Shown here one piece after another: positions 18,552 to 27,225 of a stretch of 64,000 nt of DNA (position 1 is the stretch's first letter; each line of letters starts with the position of its first letter). The notes under the pieces are model-generated. The model made no database searches. It had not been told where the DNA came from and saw only the letters and a program-made list of their open reading frames with translations. The DNA comes from Cyclobacteriaceae bacterium (GTDB lineage: Bacteria; Bacteroidota; Bacteroidia; Cytophagales; Cyclobacteriaceae), in contig JAFIEW010000001.1 of assembly GCA_020832375.1 (NCBI GenBank), positions 55,267 to 119,266 of the forward strand. Direction: 5' to 3'. Both the position numbers and the translations under genes were made by a program.

Positions 18552-19372
18552 ATCGGTGTGGAGGTAGCCCCGCAGATACCTATCCGGTCTCCAGGCTTAA
18601 ACCACTCTTGATCTATTTCTTCGGTTGAAGAAACAAAATGTGTCCTAGGATTGGCTTGTTTACATACATTATACAAAACCTTTCCATTGGAGGATTTAGT
18701 TCCTGAAACAAAAACTACCGCATCAAATTGTTCAGCAAATGATCCTAGTTCTTTATCTCGGTTAGAGACCTGCCTGCAAATGGTATCATTGGCATTAACT
18801 GCGATCCCCGCTTCCTCCAAGGTTTTTTTAATTTTATAAAAACTATCAGTGCTCTTAGTTGTTTGGCTATATAGCGTAATACTTTTAGGCATATTGGCTA
18901 TATCTAGCTCATCAAGGCTCTGGAAAACAACTGCCTCTTGATTGGTCTGTCCTAAAAGCCCCTCTACTTCAGCATGACCATGCTTACCGTAAATGTAGAT
19001 TATCTCGCTTTTATCAAAAGAGTTTTTAATGCGGTTTTGAAGCTTTAACACAACCGGGCAACTTGCATCTACCAACTCAAGATTGTTTTTTAAAGCTGTC
19101 TGATAAGTATGGGGAGGTTCTCCATGAGCTCTTATCAAGACCTTTTCATTTTCTAAGGTAGACAGTTTCTCATGATCAATGATTCTAAGTCCCATTTTCT
19201 CAAGCCGCTGCACCTCTGCATCATTGTGTACGATATCACCTAGGCAGTATAGATGCCCTTGCTCTTTCAAGAACTCCTCAGCCATCTCAATGGCATATAC
19301 TACACCAAAGCAAAAGCCAGAGTTTTGATCGATGCTTACTTCCAAGTCTAAGGATGTATTTAGTGCTTCCAT
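18509..19372 (-). CDS. ispH: 4-hydroxy-3-methylbut-2-enyl diphosphate reductase
   Basis: 287 aa. GFCFGV (first Fe-S cysteine), DASCP, TICRQV and GATSTP motifs of IspH/LytB. Confidence 0.9.
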   Translation of the reverse strand: MEALNTSLDLEVSIDQNSGFCFGVVYAIEMAEEFLKEQGHLYCLGDIVHNDAEVQRLEKMGLRIIDHEKLSTLENEKVLIRAHGEPPHTYQTALKNNLELVDASCPVVLKLQNRIKNSFDKSEIIYIYGKHGHAEVEGLLGQTNQEAVVFQSLDELDIANMPKSITLYSQTTKSTDSFYKIKKTLEEAGIAVNANDTICRQVSNRDKELGSFAEQFDAVVFVSGTKSSNGKVLYNVCKQANPRTHFVSSTEEIDQEWFKPGDRIGICGATSTPMWLMEEAKEKLLTF

Positions 19373-19439
19373 AATAAATGTTTGCTAAATAATTTTCAAA
19401 AGGCTATTGACGAATGATGATTTTTCTACTGATTCTATT

Positions 19440-20294
19440 TTAAATCGCTTTAAGCTGCCTTCTAAATAAAGTGCCAGCCAGCAAAAGTAATTTCCGCGCA
19501 TCAGGTATTCTCACGCGCTCTCGCTGTATTAGCTCTGCAGGTGAGTTTTTAATCTTTTTAAATAAATTCAAGTAGTAAACATAGGCGAGATACACACCGC
19601 TTTTTGCATTGGCAGGTAACTGTTTGATTCCTTCCAAAGCATGATCAAAGTCGTTTTGAATATCAGCCTCGATGGCAATCTTAGCCTGAGTGTCAAATTG
19701 ATTGTAGTCTACACCAGGAAAGTACACTCTCCCTCTATCTTCGTAATCACTTTTAATATCTCTTAGAAAGTTTACCTTTTGAAAGGCACTTCCCAAGGCA
19801 CAAGCTGGGTCTTTCAGTTGTTGATATTGCGTTTCATCACCTGCACAAAACACCCTCAAGCACATTAATCCTACTACTTCAGCCGATCCGTAAATGTAGC
19901 GTTTATAATTTTCTTCGGTATAATCCACCGGATGGAGGTCCATTTCCATGCTGTAAAGAAAAGCCTCAATCAGCTCTTTTTCTATCTTGTACTCATTGAC
20001 TACGTCTTGAAAAGAATGTAGCACTGGATTCAAACTGATTTTTTCTTCTATCGCTTGATAGGTGTCTTTTTTAAAACGATCAAGAAGCATCTTCTTGTCG
20101 TGATCATGAAAAGTATCTACTATCTCGTCAGCGTATCTTACAAAGCCATAGATTGCATAGATCGGCATATGCAAAGAGCTATCAAGGGTTTTGATTCCCA
20201 AAGAAAATGAGGTACTATATCTTTGTGTAATCAGCTTGCTACACTCCATCGCCGTATCTGTGAAAAGCGATTTCATCGCCGCTATCGTATCCAT
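19440..20294 (-). CDS. crtB: Phytoene synthase
   Basis: 284 aa. Squalene/phytoene synthase signatures YAIYGFVRYADEIVD and YIYGSAEVVGLM, FQKVNFLRDIKSD. Confidence 0.9.
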   Translation of the reverse strand: MDTIAAMKSLFTDTAMECSKLITQRYSTSFSLGIKTLDSSLHMPIYAIYGFVRYADEIVDTFHDHDKKMLLDRFKKDTYQAIEEKISLNPVLHSFQDVVNEYKIEKELIEAFLYSMEMDLHPVDYTEENYKRYIYGSAEVVGLMCLRVFCAGDETQYQQLKDPACALGSAFQKVNFLRDIKSDYEDRGRVYFPGVDYNQFDTQAKIAIEADIQNDFDHALEGIKQLPANAKSGVYLAYVYYLNLFKKIKNSPAELIQRERVRIPDARKLLLLAGTLFRRQLKAI

Positions 20295-20782
20295 AGATTT
20301 TATTCAATTAGTCGTTATACCGAAATTCCATGACGAAGATCAGTAATAAATTAAAATTTATACCGCATCTTAGCATCTTTGTTTTCAAAAGATACGGAAA
20401 AATTACCAAGATCTTTATATTTATACAATCAAGTGAAGCCACCAGTGCTAAAATTGACACAATTAAGTAATACTACTTAAGGCAAGGAATGGTATATTTT
20501 ACTAATCGCCAAAAACAGCAAAGGAATTTTAATAGCCCAATAGCCTTCATTCAACAATTAGCTCAAGTAAGCTCTTCATCCCACGAAAACAAAAAGATTT
20601 TTTAAGCAAAGCGCTTCTTTCACTATCGATTATTTTTAAATTTGTCTTGTATTGATTATCATACACTCATTGGTTCTCAGTAGCGGATTCAATTAATCCC
20701 AATGTACCGCTTGGCTTAGTATTTAAAAGGTTTTGCTTGGGATGAGAACGCAGTCGATACTTCCTGACTAATTAAAAAACAC

Positions 20783-22639
20783 ATGAAAGAAAAAATACAA
20801 CGACTCCTTGATTTAAGTAGTTTAAAAATCCGCTTAGGCTGGGTGTTTTCCTTTTATGTAATTGCTATCGTGGTGATAGCTGGAGGTGTTCTTTATCTAC
20901 TTCATCCTGCGAAAAATATAAGCGAAGCAATCAGTATTGAACAACTAGCCATCGAAGAGTATACCAAGTTGACCAACCACCTTCATGAAAGCCAGCGGCA
21001 TCTTTACCATTTTGCTATGAGCGAAAGGAGCTTTTTTCAACGTCAGAGAGAAAAGGTATGGGTAGAAAAAATTCATCCTTATTCGGAGTCAATACGCAGA
21101 AAAGTGGCTAATCCTAACTTAACAGGTATAAAAAGGAAGCAATACGAATTTCTGATTAAAGAACTATACCTTTACGACAGCCTCCAACTGGTATGGGAAG
21201 ACGAAATTTATAGAAAAATTAAGATCAGCACTGAAGTTAATGAAGAAGGGGCATCACTTGAAGTCTACTCTGAAGAGGACGACCTAGAAAATGAAGATTT
21301 AGAAAATGAAGAGAATACCGATTTTTTCGAGCTCAACGAGAGTGATGAGAACATTGAGTTTTTTGATCTGAACGAAGGTGACACTCAATCTGATGAAGAG
21401 GGAGAAGAGGATGACGATTTTTTCTTTGAAGCGGTATTTCCACCATTATATCCGCCATCTGGTGCTATGGACAGAATACGGCAGGCTGAATTAGATCAGT
21501 TTAATTTGATTCAAAAAGAACTGCTTTATGCCAACTATGAGACCTTAGAAAAACTCCGATATCTTGCTAAAACCCAAGAAGACGCACAAAGAAAGGCTTA
21601 TGGCTTTGCTTGGATCAGCTTTTTAATCTTTTTTATACCAGGGGTTTATTTTGTATCTCGCGTTCCGATGCAGCTGATCATACCTTTCCGACAGCTGAAG
21701 GCATTTTACGATGAGTTGGTATTGGGCAAGTTTCCAGAAAAGCTCCCCAACCGCAACGATGAGTTTGGGGAGCTCAATCTACAGTCCAATAAGCTGGTAG
21801 ACCAATTGCGCAATATATCAGAATTTGCATTGGCTGTAGGAAGAGGTGAAAAGAATAAAAGCCTACAATTGAGTAGTGAGAATGATATATTGGGTAGGTC
21901 ACTTCTAGATATGGAGCAGGAGTTGGCTAAAACACGAGAGCAAGAAAGCCGAAGAAACTGGGCGACTAAAGGTCAGGCTGATCTCGCAGATGTACTGCGC
22001 AATGATGATGACATAGAAAGCTTGAGTGATGATCTGATCCGTCATTTAGTTGAGTACCTGAACGCCAATATTGGGGCGCTTTACATTTTAGAGCGTGATG
22101 AAAACGGAAATGAACTGTTGAAACTACAAGCTGCCTATGGCTGGGGAAGAAAAAAGCTCTATAGCACGACCATTGACATTGGTGAAGGAATTGTGGGACA
22201 GGTATATTTAGAAAAAAAGTCGCAAGTACTCAAAAACCTTCCTGAAGGATACCTTAAAATCAATACTGGCTTAGGTGAGCTTATTCCTACTGAAGTTATT
22301 GTAGTGCCAGCTCTCACTGAAGGCCAAGTCCCTGCAGTTCTGGAGCTTGGTAGTAGACAGTCATTTGAAAAGCACCAAATCGACTTCCTTGAGTCAGCAG
22401 GTGAGAATATTGCCGCAGCTATTATAGACGCTAAAAAAGCCTCAGAGCAACAGCGACTACTAGAGACCTCAAAACAAATGCAAGAGCAACTAAGAGCTCA
22501 AGAAGAGGAAATGCGCCAAAACCTTGAGGAAATGGAAGCTACCCAAGAGGAAAACAACCGAAACATCCGATTACTAGAACAGCGAATCAAACAGCTGGAG
22601 CGAGAAAATAATGAGTTGAAAAATAGATCCTCTACCTAA
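20783..22639 (+). CDS. Membrane-bound HAMP + GAF domain protein with an acidic repeat insert and a C-terminal coiled coil
   Basis: 618 aa. Two TM segments. Acidic low-complexity block (EDDLENEDLENEENTDFFELNESDENIEFFDLNEGD..). HAMP-like segment (RNDEFGELNLQSNKLVDQL). GAF-like region (..NANIGALYILE...GEGIVGQVYLEKK). Q/E-rich coiled-coil tail. No recognisable output domain. Confidence 0.7.
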   Translation: MKEKIQRLLDLSSLKIRLGWVFSFYVIAIVVIAGGVLYLLHPAKNISEAISIEQLAIEEYTKLTNHLHESQRHLYHFAMSERSFFQRQREKVWVEKIHPYSESIRRKVANPNLTGIKRKQYEFLIKELYLYDSLQLVWEDEIYRKIKISTEVNEEGASLEVYSEEDDLENEDLENEENTDFFELNESDENIEFFDLNEGDTQSDEEGEEDDDFFFEAVFPPLYPPSGAMDRIRQAELDQFNLIQKELLYANYETLEKLRYLAKTQEDAQRKAYGFAWISFLIFFIPGVYFVSRVPMQLIIPFRQLKAFYDELVLGKFPEKLPNRNDEFGELNLQSNKLVDQLRNISEFALAVGRGEKNKSLQLSSENDILGRSLLDMEQELAKTREQESRRNWATKGQADLADVLRNDDDIESLSDDLIRHLVEYLNANIGALYILERDENGNELLKLQAAYGWGRKKLYSTTIDIGEGIVGQVYLEKKSQVLKNLPEGYLKINTGLGELIPTEVIVVPALTEGQVPAVLELGSRQSFEKHQIDFLESAGENIAAAIIDAKKASEQQRLLETSKQMQEQLRAQEEEMRQNLEEMEATQEENNRNIRLLEQRIKQLERENNELKNRSST

Positions 22640-22734
22640 AGCCTATCAATGAACACCTAAATCCAAATGCTCAATTGTTGACTTTCAATAAAGATAATAC
22701 ACACTCAATATATGAACCTTTCATACGCTTTTTA

Positions 22735-23259
22735 CTAAAAATCAGTATCTAAGCCAAAGCGCTCCTGTAGCTCTTGAAGCTTAGGGTACTTTTTCATTAG
22801 ATATTTTAGCTTCTCTTTCGGCGTATAGCGCATTTCTACCTGACTCTGTTCCTTTATTTCATAGTCGATCTGTAAATCCTCTAAAGCAAAATAACTCTTC
22901 AAAAATCCTAGTAATGGGTTTTTCAAAGCTTCGAAATAAGGTTCATGCGTTTTGCCATTTAAGCTAAACCGGATGAGGCGATCGGAGGCAAATTCAAAAG
23001 ACTGTCCCAATACCACCTTTGCACCAGCGGCCAGTTGAGTGCCTTGCTTTTCTTTAAATTGCTCGATGGCATCTTTAAGTGTAGTAGGTGAAATAGTAAG
23101 CCCCGAAGCGGCCGCTTGAGGAGTCGCGGTATTTTCATTTTCACTAGGTGCTTGAGCTTCCGCTTGCTCTTGTCGCTTGCGCTCTTCTATGTTAGCGCGA
23201 ATCTGTTCTTCGGTGGTGGGAATCTTTGGACTGCGCTGTATTGCCCTGCGAGACTGCAA
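22735..23259 (-). CDS. dnaX: C-terminal (tau-specific) part of DNA polymerase III gamma/tau, in the -1 frame relative to the upstream dnaX ORF
   Basis: The tracked ORF starts at a TTG, but this frame is open upstream through the A10 run at 23319-23328 (..KKKSKVEQRPDSSGDANANKSAGLQSRR..). The charged/PAQ-rich linker followed by ..YTPKEKLKYLMKKYPKLQELQERFGLDTDF resembles the C-terminal end of Bacteroidota DnaX. Confidence 0.65.
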   Translation of the reverse strand: MQSRRAIQRSPKIPTTEEQIRANIEERKRQEQAEAQAPSENENTATPQAAASGLTISPTTLKDAIEQFKEKQGTQLAAGAKVVLGQSFEFASDRLIRFSLNGKTHEPYFEALKNPLLGFLKSYFALEDLQIDYEIKEQSQVEMRYTPKEKLKYLMKKYPKLQELQERFGLDTDF

Positions 23260-23309
23260 GCCTGCACTTTTATTGGCATTAGCATCACCTGAAGAATCAG
23301 GACGCTGCT

Positions 23310-24449
23310 CTACTTTACTTTTTTTTTTGACTCTACATTGGCCAGCAAGAGAGCTGCATTGAGGTTGGCCAGCTTACTAAGACAAATTTCTACATGCACC
23401 CGCTGATTTTTTCGCCCCTTATACTCCACCTCACACTTACTAACAATGGTGAGTGCAGATAGTAAAAAGGAAAGATCTACCTCTTGTGCTTGTTGCTTAT
23501 ACTTGGCAGCTACCTCCTCCGATACTTCCAACAGACTAATCGTTTGAGCATCTTTGCATACCATCAAATCTCTAAGGTGATCCATCAGGCCTACCAAAAA
23601 ATTATGCGCGTCAAATCCTTTTTTCAATATCTCGTCAAAAAGCAATAAGAGGGAGGCGGTATCTTCGGCCATCATCATATCAACCGCTCTAAAATAGTAG
23701 TCGTAGTCGAGTACATGCAGATTGTCGATGGTGGTCTGATAGGAAATATGATTATCAGAAGAGAAGGTATGGATCAGATCAAAAAGTGAAAGAGCGTCTC
23801 TTAAGGCACCATCCGCCTTTTGAGCAATAAGCCTTAGCGCTTCTTCCTCATACTGAATGTTTTCTTCCTTCGCGATATGAGCCAAGTGGTTGGCAATGTC
23901 TTTTACTACAATCCTATTGAAGTCAAAAATCTGACAACGACTCAAAATAGTAGGAATAATTTTATGCTTTTCGGTAGTAGCTAAAATAAATATGGCATAG
24001 GATGGTGGCTCTTCTAAAGTCTTCAAAAAAGCATTGAAGGCTTGGTTGGAAAGCATGTGAACCTCATCAATAATATAGATTTTGTACTTACCTGCCTGCG
24101 GTGCATATCGAACTTGCTCTACCAAGTTACGGATATCATCTACCGAGTTGTTGGAAGCGGCATCAAGCTCGCTGATGTTCATTGAGTTGCCATCTTTGAA
24201 ACTTAGGCAGCTATTGCATTTGCCACAAGCCTCCATATCCGCACCAATATTTTCACAATTGATCGTCTTAGCAAGAATACGAGCGCAAGTTGTTTTTCCA
24301 ACTCCCCTAGGACCACAAAACAAGAAAGCTTGCGCAAGGTGATTGTTTTTGATAGCATTTTTCAGGGTTGTAGTAATATGCCCTTGGCCAACTACACTAT
24401 TAAACTTATCTGGTCTGTATTTCCTTGCTGATACTACAAAATTATCCAT
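23310..24449 (-). CDS. dnaX: DNA polymerase III subunit gamma/tau, N-terminal clamp-loader domains I-III; zero-frame product ends 2 codons after an A10 run
   Basis: MDNFVVSARKYRPDKF..., Walker A GPRGVGKTT, zinc module CGKCNSC, DEVHML, SRC motif (LSRCQ). ATG at 24449 (the tracked ORF extends to 24473). Stop TAG at 23310-23312. Confidence 0.9.
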   Translation of the reverse strand: MDNFVVSARKYRPDKFNSVVGQGHITTTLKNAIKNNHLAQAFLFCGPRGVGKTTCARILAKTINCENIGADMEACGKCNSCLSFKDGNSMNISELDAASNNSVDDIRNLVEQVRYAPQAGKYKIYIIDEVHMLSNQAFNAFLKTLEEPPSYAIFILATTEKHKIIPTILSRCQIFDFNRIVVKDIANHLAHIAKEENIQYEEEALRLIAQKADGALRDALSLFDLIHTFSSDNHISYQTTIDNLHVLDYDYYFRAVDMMMAEDTASLLLLFDEILKKGFDAHNFLVGLMDHLRDLMVCKDAQTISLLEVSEEVAAKYKQQAQEVDLSFLLSALTIVSKCEVEYKGRKNQRVHVEICLSKLANLNAALLLANVESKKKVK

Positions 24450-24548
24450 ACTTGCCTTGCTTTTCCTTTGCACTCCAAATGTAAAGATAATCCACTAAAG
24501 AGCGGAATATTTTCTATGATCTTTTTTGATTTATGATAAGTCCATCCG

Positions 24549-25352
24549 TCATAACCTAAATTGCAAACCATTGGTGAAAGAAAACAAATAGGGTGTGATC
24601 GGTACGATAGGCCGATCCTCATAGTCAGCGGTGAAACGGTTAATTAACGACAAGCGCTCTGTAATCGAGATGATGACGTTGATTTCAGCGCTAACCCGAT
24701 TTCTCAATCGGCTGATGCTTCGATCATAGCCAGTCTGATAGAATACAATACCATTTAAATTAAGTAACTGATTGGGTTCCCAGCGGAAGTTGGCATAGGT
24801 TGAGCTTTTGATGAACTCTACCCGTGTCACGCTATCTTCTATAGTAGGATGAAGCCAGCGCTCATTTTCATAAAAGCCACCCGAGCCAATCGTTAAGTCA
24901 AACTTAGTAGACCTGATCGCCCGAAATCGAAAACTACCCCCAGCAATGATTCTAGGGTCCAAACCCCTAAAGTTATCATATTGAAATTGAGTGAAAACCT
25001 CATAGTGAAAGCGCTCTCTATGGTTAAAGCTCGTGCGTAAATGACTATAGCCATTACTCAAAAAAACATTATTATTAATCCGCAAGTAGTCATACTTATT
25101 GATAAAAATATAGGCATTCTTTTGATCAAAATACCCTAGATCTCCTGATGCATTAAAACCAAATAAGTTCACTGGGTTGTCTACACCAGCACTGCGATTA
25201 AACTGTCTTAATGAGACAGATACTGTAGAAACAAAGAAATTGGTAGTGTCTCGATTGGCGAGTTTTGACTTTTCGACATTTAATATTTGTGCGTGGGATG
25301 AGGAAATAAAAAGAAAGCTTAAAAAAATAGTTGCTGTAATTACTCTAGTCAT
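24549..25352 (-). CDS. Predicted outer-membrane beta-barrel protein (possibly DUF481-like)
   Basis: 267 aa. Signal peptide ending SSSHAQ. Alternating hydrophobic/aromatic pattern throughout. Family call uncertain. Confidence 0.55.
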   Translation of the reverse strand: MTRVITATIFLSFLFISSSHAQILNVEKSKLANRDTTNFFVSTVSVSLRQFNRSAGVDNPVNLFGFNASGDLGYFDQKNAYIFINKYDYLRINNNVFLSNGYSHLRTSFNHRERFHYEVFTQFQYDNFRGLDPRIIAGGSFRFRAIRSTKFDLTIGSGGFYENERWLHPTIEDSVTRVEFIKSSTYANFRWEPNQLLNLNGIVFYQTGYDRSISRLRNRVSAEINVIISITERLSLINRFTADYEDRPIVPITPYLFSFTNGLQFRL

Positions 25353-25353
25353 A

Positions 25354-25845
25354 TTAGAGGGTTTTTTCCATTACAAAATCATTCATATAGTATCCTCCAC
25401 CAATTGGATTGTCTTCTGTTCGAATCACCTCAAAGCCGAGTTTTTGATAAATATCTATCGCTTTATTTTCACGGTTGACGTTTAAAAAGACGGTTTCTTG
25501 ATTATTCTGTTTTGCCTTTATAAGCACATGCTCGATCAAGGCTTTACCTATTCCCTTGTTCTGATAGTTGGGGTCTAAGTAGATCTTATGCAGTTTAGTT
25601 TGCTGAGGCAGAAGGTCTACTTCGTAAGCGGCAAAGCCTACTGCGTTCTCATTCCAACACCCCCAAATAAAAGAAACGCCTCGAGCGTATTGACTGCGTA
25701 ATTCATCCAAATTGTACATCCAATCGAGCATATAGCTGATTTGATCTTTGCTCAAGATAGATGCAAAAGCGGGTGGCCATATACGGTAAGCCATGGCTCG
25801 CAGTGCAGCAAGTTCGGAAGCTTGTAGGGGTCGGATGGATATCAT
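25354..25845 (-). CDS. GNAT-family N-acetyltransferase
   Basis: 163 aa. Acetyl-CoA binding motif A (YQNKGIGKALIEHV) and typical GNAT size. Confidence 0.85.
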   Translation of the reverse strand: MISIRPLQASELAALRAMAYRIWPPAFASILSKDQISYMLDWMYNLDELRSQYARGVSFIWGCWNENAVGFAAYEVDLLPQQTKLHKIYLDPNYQNKGIGKALIEHVLIKAKQNNQETVFLNVNRENKAIDIYQKLGFEVIRTEDNPIGGGYYMNDFVMEKTL

Positions 25846-25928
25846 GCCTCAAAATTACAAGCTTTCGGGTTGATCTGAAAGTTGGGATGAGTAAATGCAA
25901 AAAATAATGATTTATACCTAGCCTATGC

Positions 25929-26645
25929 TTAGTGGCAAAGAGGAATATCGCTCAAGTCAGGGTCTGCACCAAGGCTGAGATCAGGCATCATAAGAAACGG
26001 ACTCAGATATGGAATATTCAAATTAAGCCCTCGAATGATAAAGAGCACTCCAATAAATGCAGCTGCCAAAGGCATCAACCGAAAGAGCTTCTGCCTGATA
26101 TTTGGACTTACTAGCCGTCCGCTGATCATGGCAGCAAAGAGTGCAGGGGTGGTGCCAAGACCAAAAATAAACATGAATAAAGCCGCATAGTAAGGATTAG
26201 GCAAGGCTAGCGCAGCAATCACGGCGACATAGACCATGCCGCAGGGAAGTAATCCGTTGAGCATACCTGTCATCCAGTAGGAGAAGCTACCCCCTCTTTT
26301 GATGTATCGCCCCAAGGCTCGCTTAAGGTGATTAACCTGAGACTGTAAGCCGAGAATGCTTGCCATTTTTTCGCTTTTTTTATAGATGACGGCCATCAGT
26401 AAGATAGAAATACCTGCGGCAATGGATAGTGCTTGCTGCACACCAGCGAGCTGTAAGCCGTAGCCTACCCACCCGAAAAGAAAGCCAATGCCCGCATAGG
26501 TAAAACTCCTGCCCAGATTGTAAAGCAAGCGATTAGCATAGTAGGCTTTTTCCTTTCCGGCTGATAGCGCAAGCGCTATAGGTCCACACATGCCAATGCA
26601 GTGGAATGAACCTAAAAAACCAAGTAAAAAGCCTGATATCAACAT
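25929..26645 (-). CDS. TauE/SafE-like (DsbD_2-like) integral membrane protein associated with cbb3 oxidase loci
   Basis: 238 aa, polytopic. N-terminal GSFHCIGMCGP motif. Sits at the distal end of the cco cluster, as in many Bacteroidota. Confidence 0.7.
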   Translation of the reverse strand: MLISGFLLGFLGSFHCIGMCGPIALALSAGKEKAYYANRLLYNLGRSFTYAGIGFLFGWVGYGLQLAGVQQALSIAAGISILLMAVIYKKSEKMASILGLQSQVNHLKRALGRYIKRGGSFSYWMTGMLNGLLPCGMVYVAVIAALALPNPYYAALFMFIFGLGTTPALFAAMISGRLVSPNIRQKLFRLMPLAAAFIGVLFIIRGLNLNIPYLSPFLMMPDLSLGADPDLSDIPLCH

Positions 26646-26750
26646 CGAATTAAATAAAATCTATTTTGAAAATGAGCCTATAATTTCTCTTTCAGCTTAG
26701 GCAAGTCAATCAGTTGTGTATTTGAAACACGGACTCCGTATAGCGTCGAT

Positions 26751-27173
26751 TTATTGAAGGGTCATTTTAAGCTCTTGGTAAAAACCTTTATCACCATCAA
26801 ACCAAGTGAGCTTGGCTCTCCAATATCCATTTTTTAAATCCTCAAGATTCACTGCGAGTGGCTCTCCGTCCGTATCGGTGAATTCAATCATTTGATCCAA
26901 GCCGGCATCATCGGGTCTAAAAAGCTGAAGTTTGCCTTTAGATGCTACTGGAAGATCAAGAATAAGCTCCCTACTGCCAGCATTGTAGCGAAGTGCCTCC
27001 ATGCCTTTAGCGTTTTGCATTTTGTCAATTTGCTGCTGGTAGACCAATTCTTGTGCGTAATAATCTTGTGTTACCAAGTCGATATTCTCTTGCTTGACGC
27101 AAACTACCACCAAGCTGATCATGAAAACAGCAAAGACAGTAAAAGTGATAAATATTCCAGTTCCCCAGTTCAT
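26751..27173 (-). CDS. FixH/CcoH-family cbb3 oxidase assembly protein
   Basis: 140 aa. MNWGTGIFITF.. N-terminal TM, then ..QDYYAQEL.YQQQIDKMQNA, typical of Bacteroidota FixH. Directly downstream of ccoG. Confidence 0.8.
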   Translation of the reverse strand: MNWGTGIFITFTVFAVFMISLVVVCVKQENIDLVTQDYYAQELVYQQQIDKMQNAKGMEALRYNAGSRELILDLPVASKGKLQLFRPDDAGLDQMIEFTDTDGEPLAVNLEDLKNGYWRAKLTWFDGDKGFYQELKMTLQ

Positions 27174-27225
27174 AATGCTATGATTTTAAAATTTTGTTAC
27201 ACCAGCTATTAGTACATCTCGTGGA

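Noticed and set aside
23288-23301. Small hairpin CCUGA-UUCU-UCAGG downstream of the dnaX A10 run as a frameshift-stimulating structure.
   Set aside because: The stem is only 5 bp and begins ~17 nt after the slippery run, which is longer than the 5-9 nt spacing typical of stimulatory structures. It is too weak to count as support for programmed frameshifting.
25285-25305. Copy of the GCGTGGGATGAGGAA motif inside the 24549..25352 gene.
   Set aside because: It falls within the signal-peptide codons (..FISSSHAQIL..) of a minus-strand gene. An exact 17-mer match at this window size is only marginally unlikely by chance. I do not count it as a functional intergenic copy.
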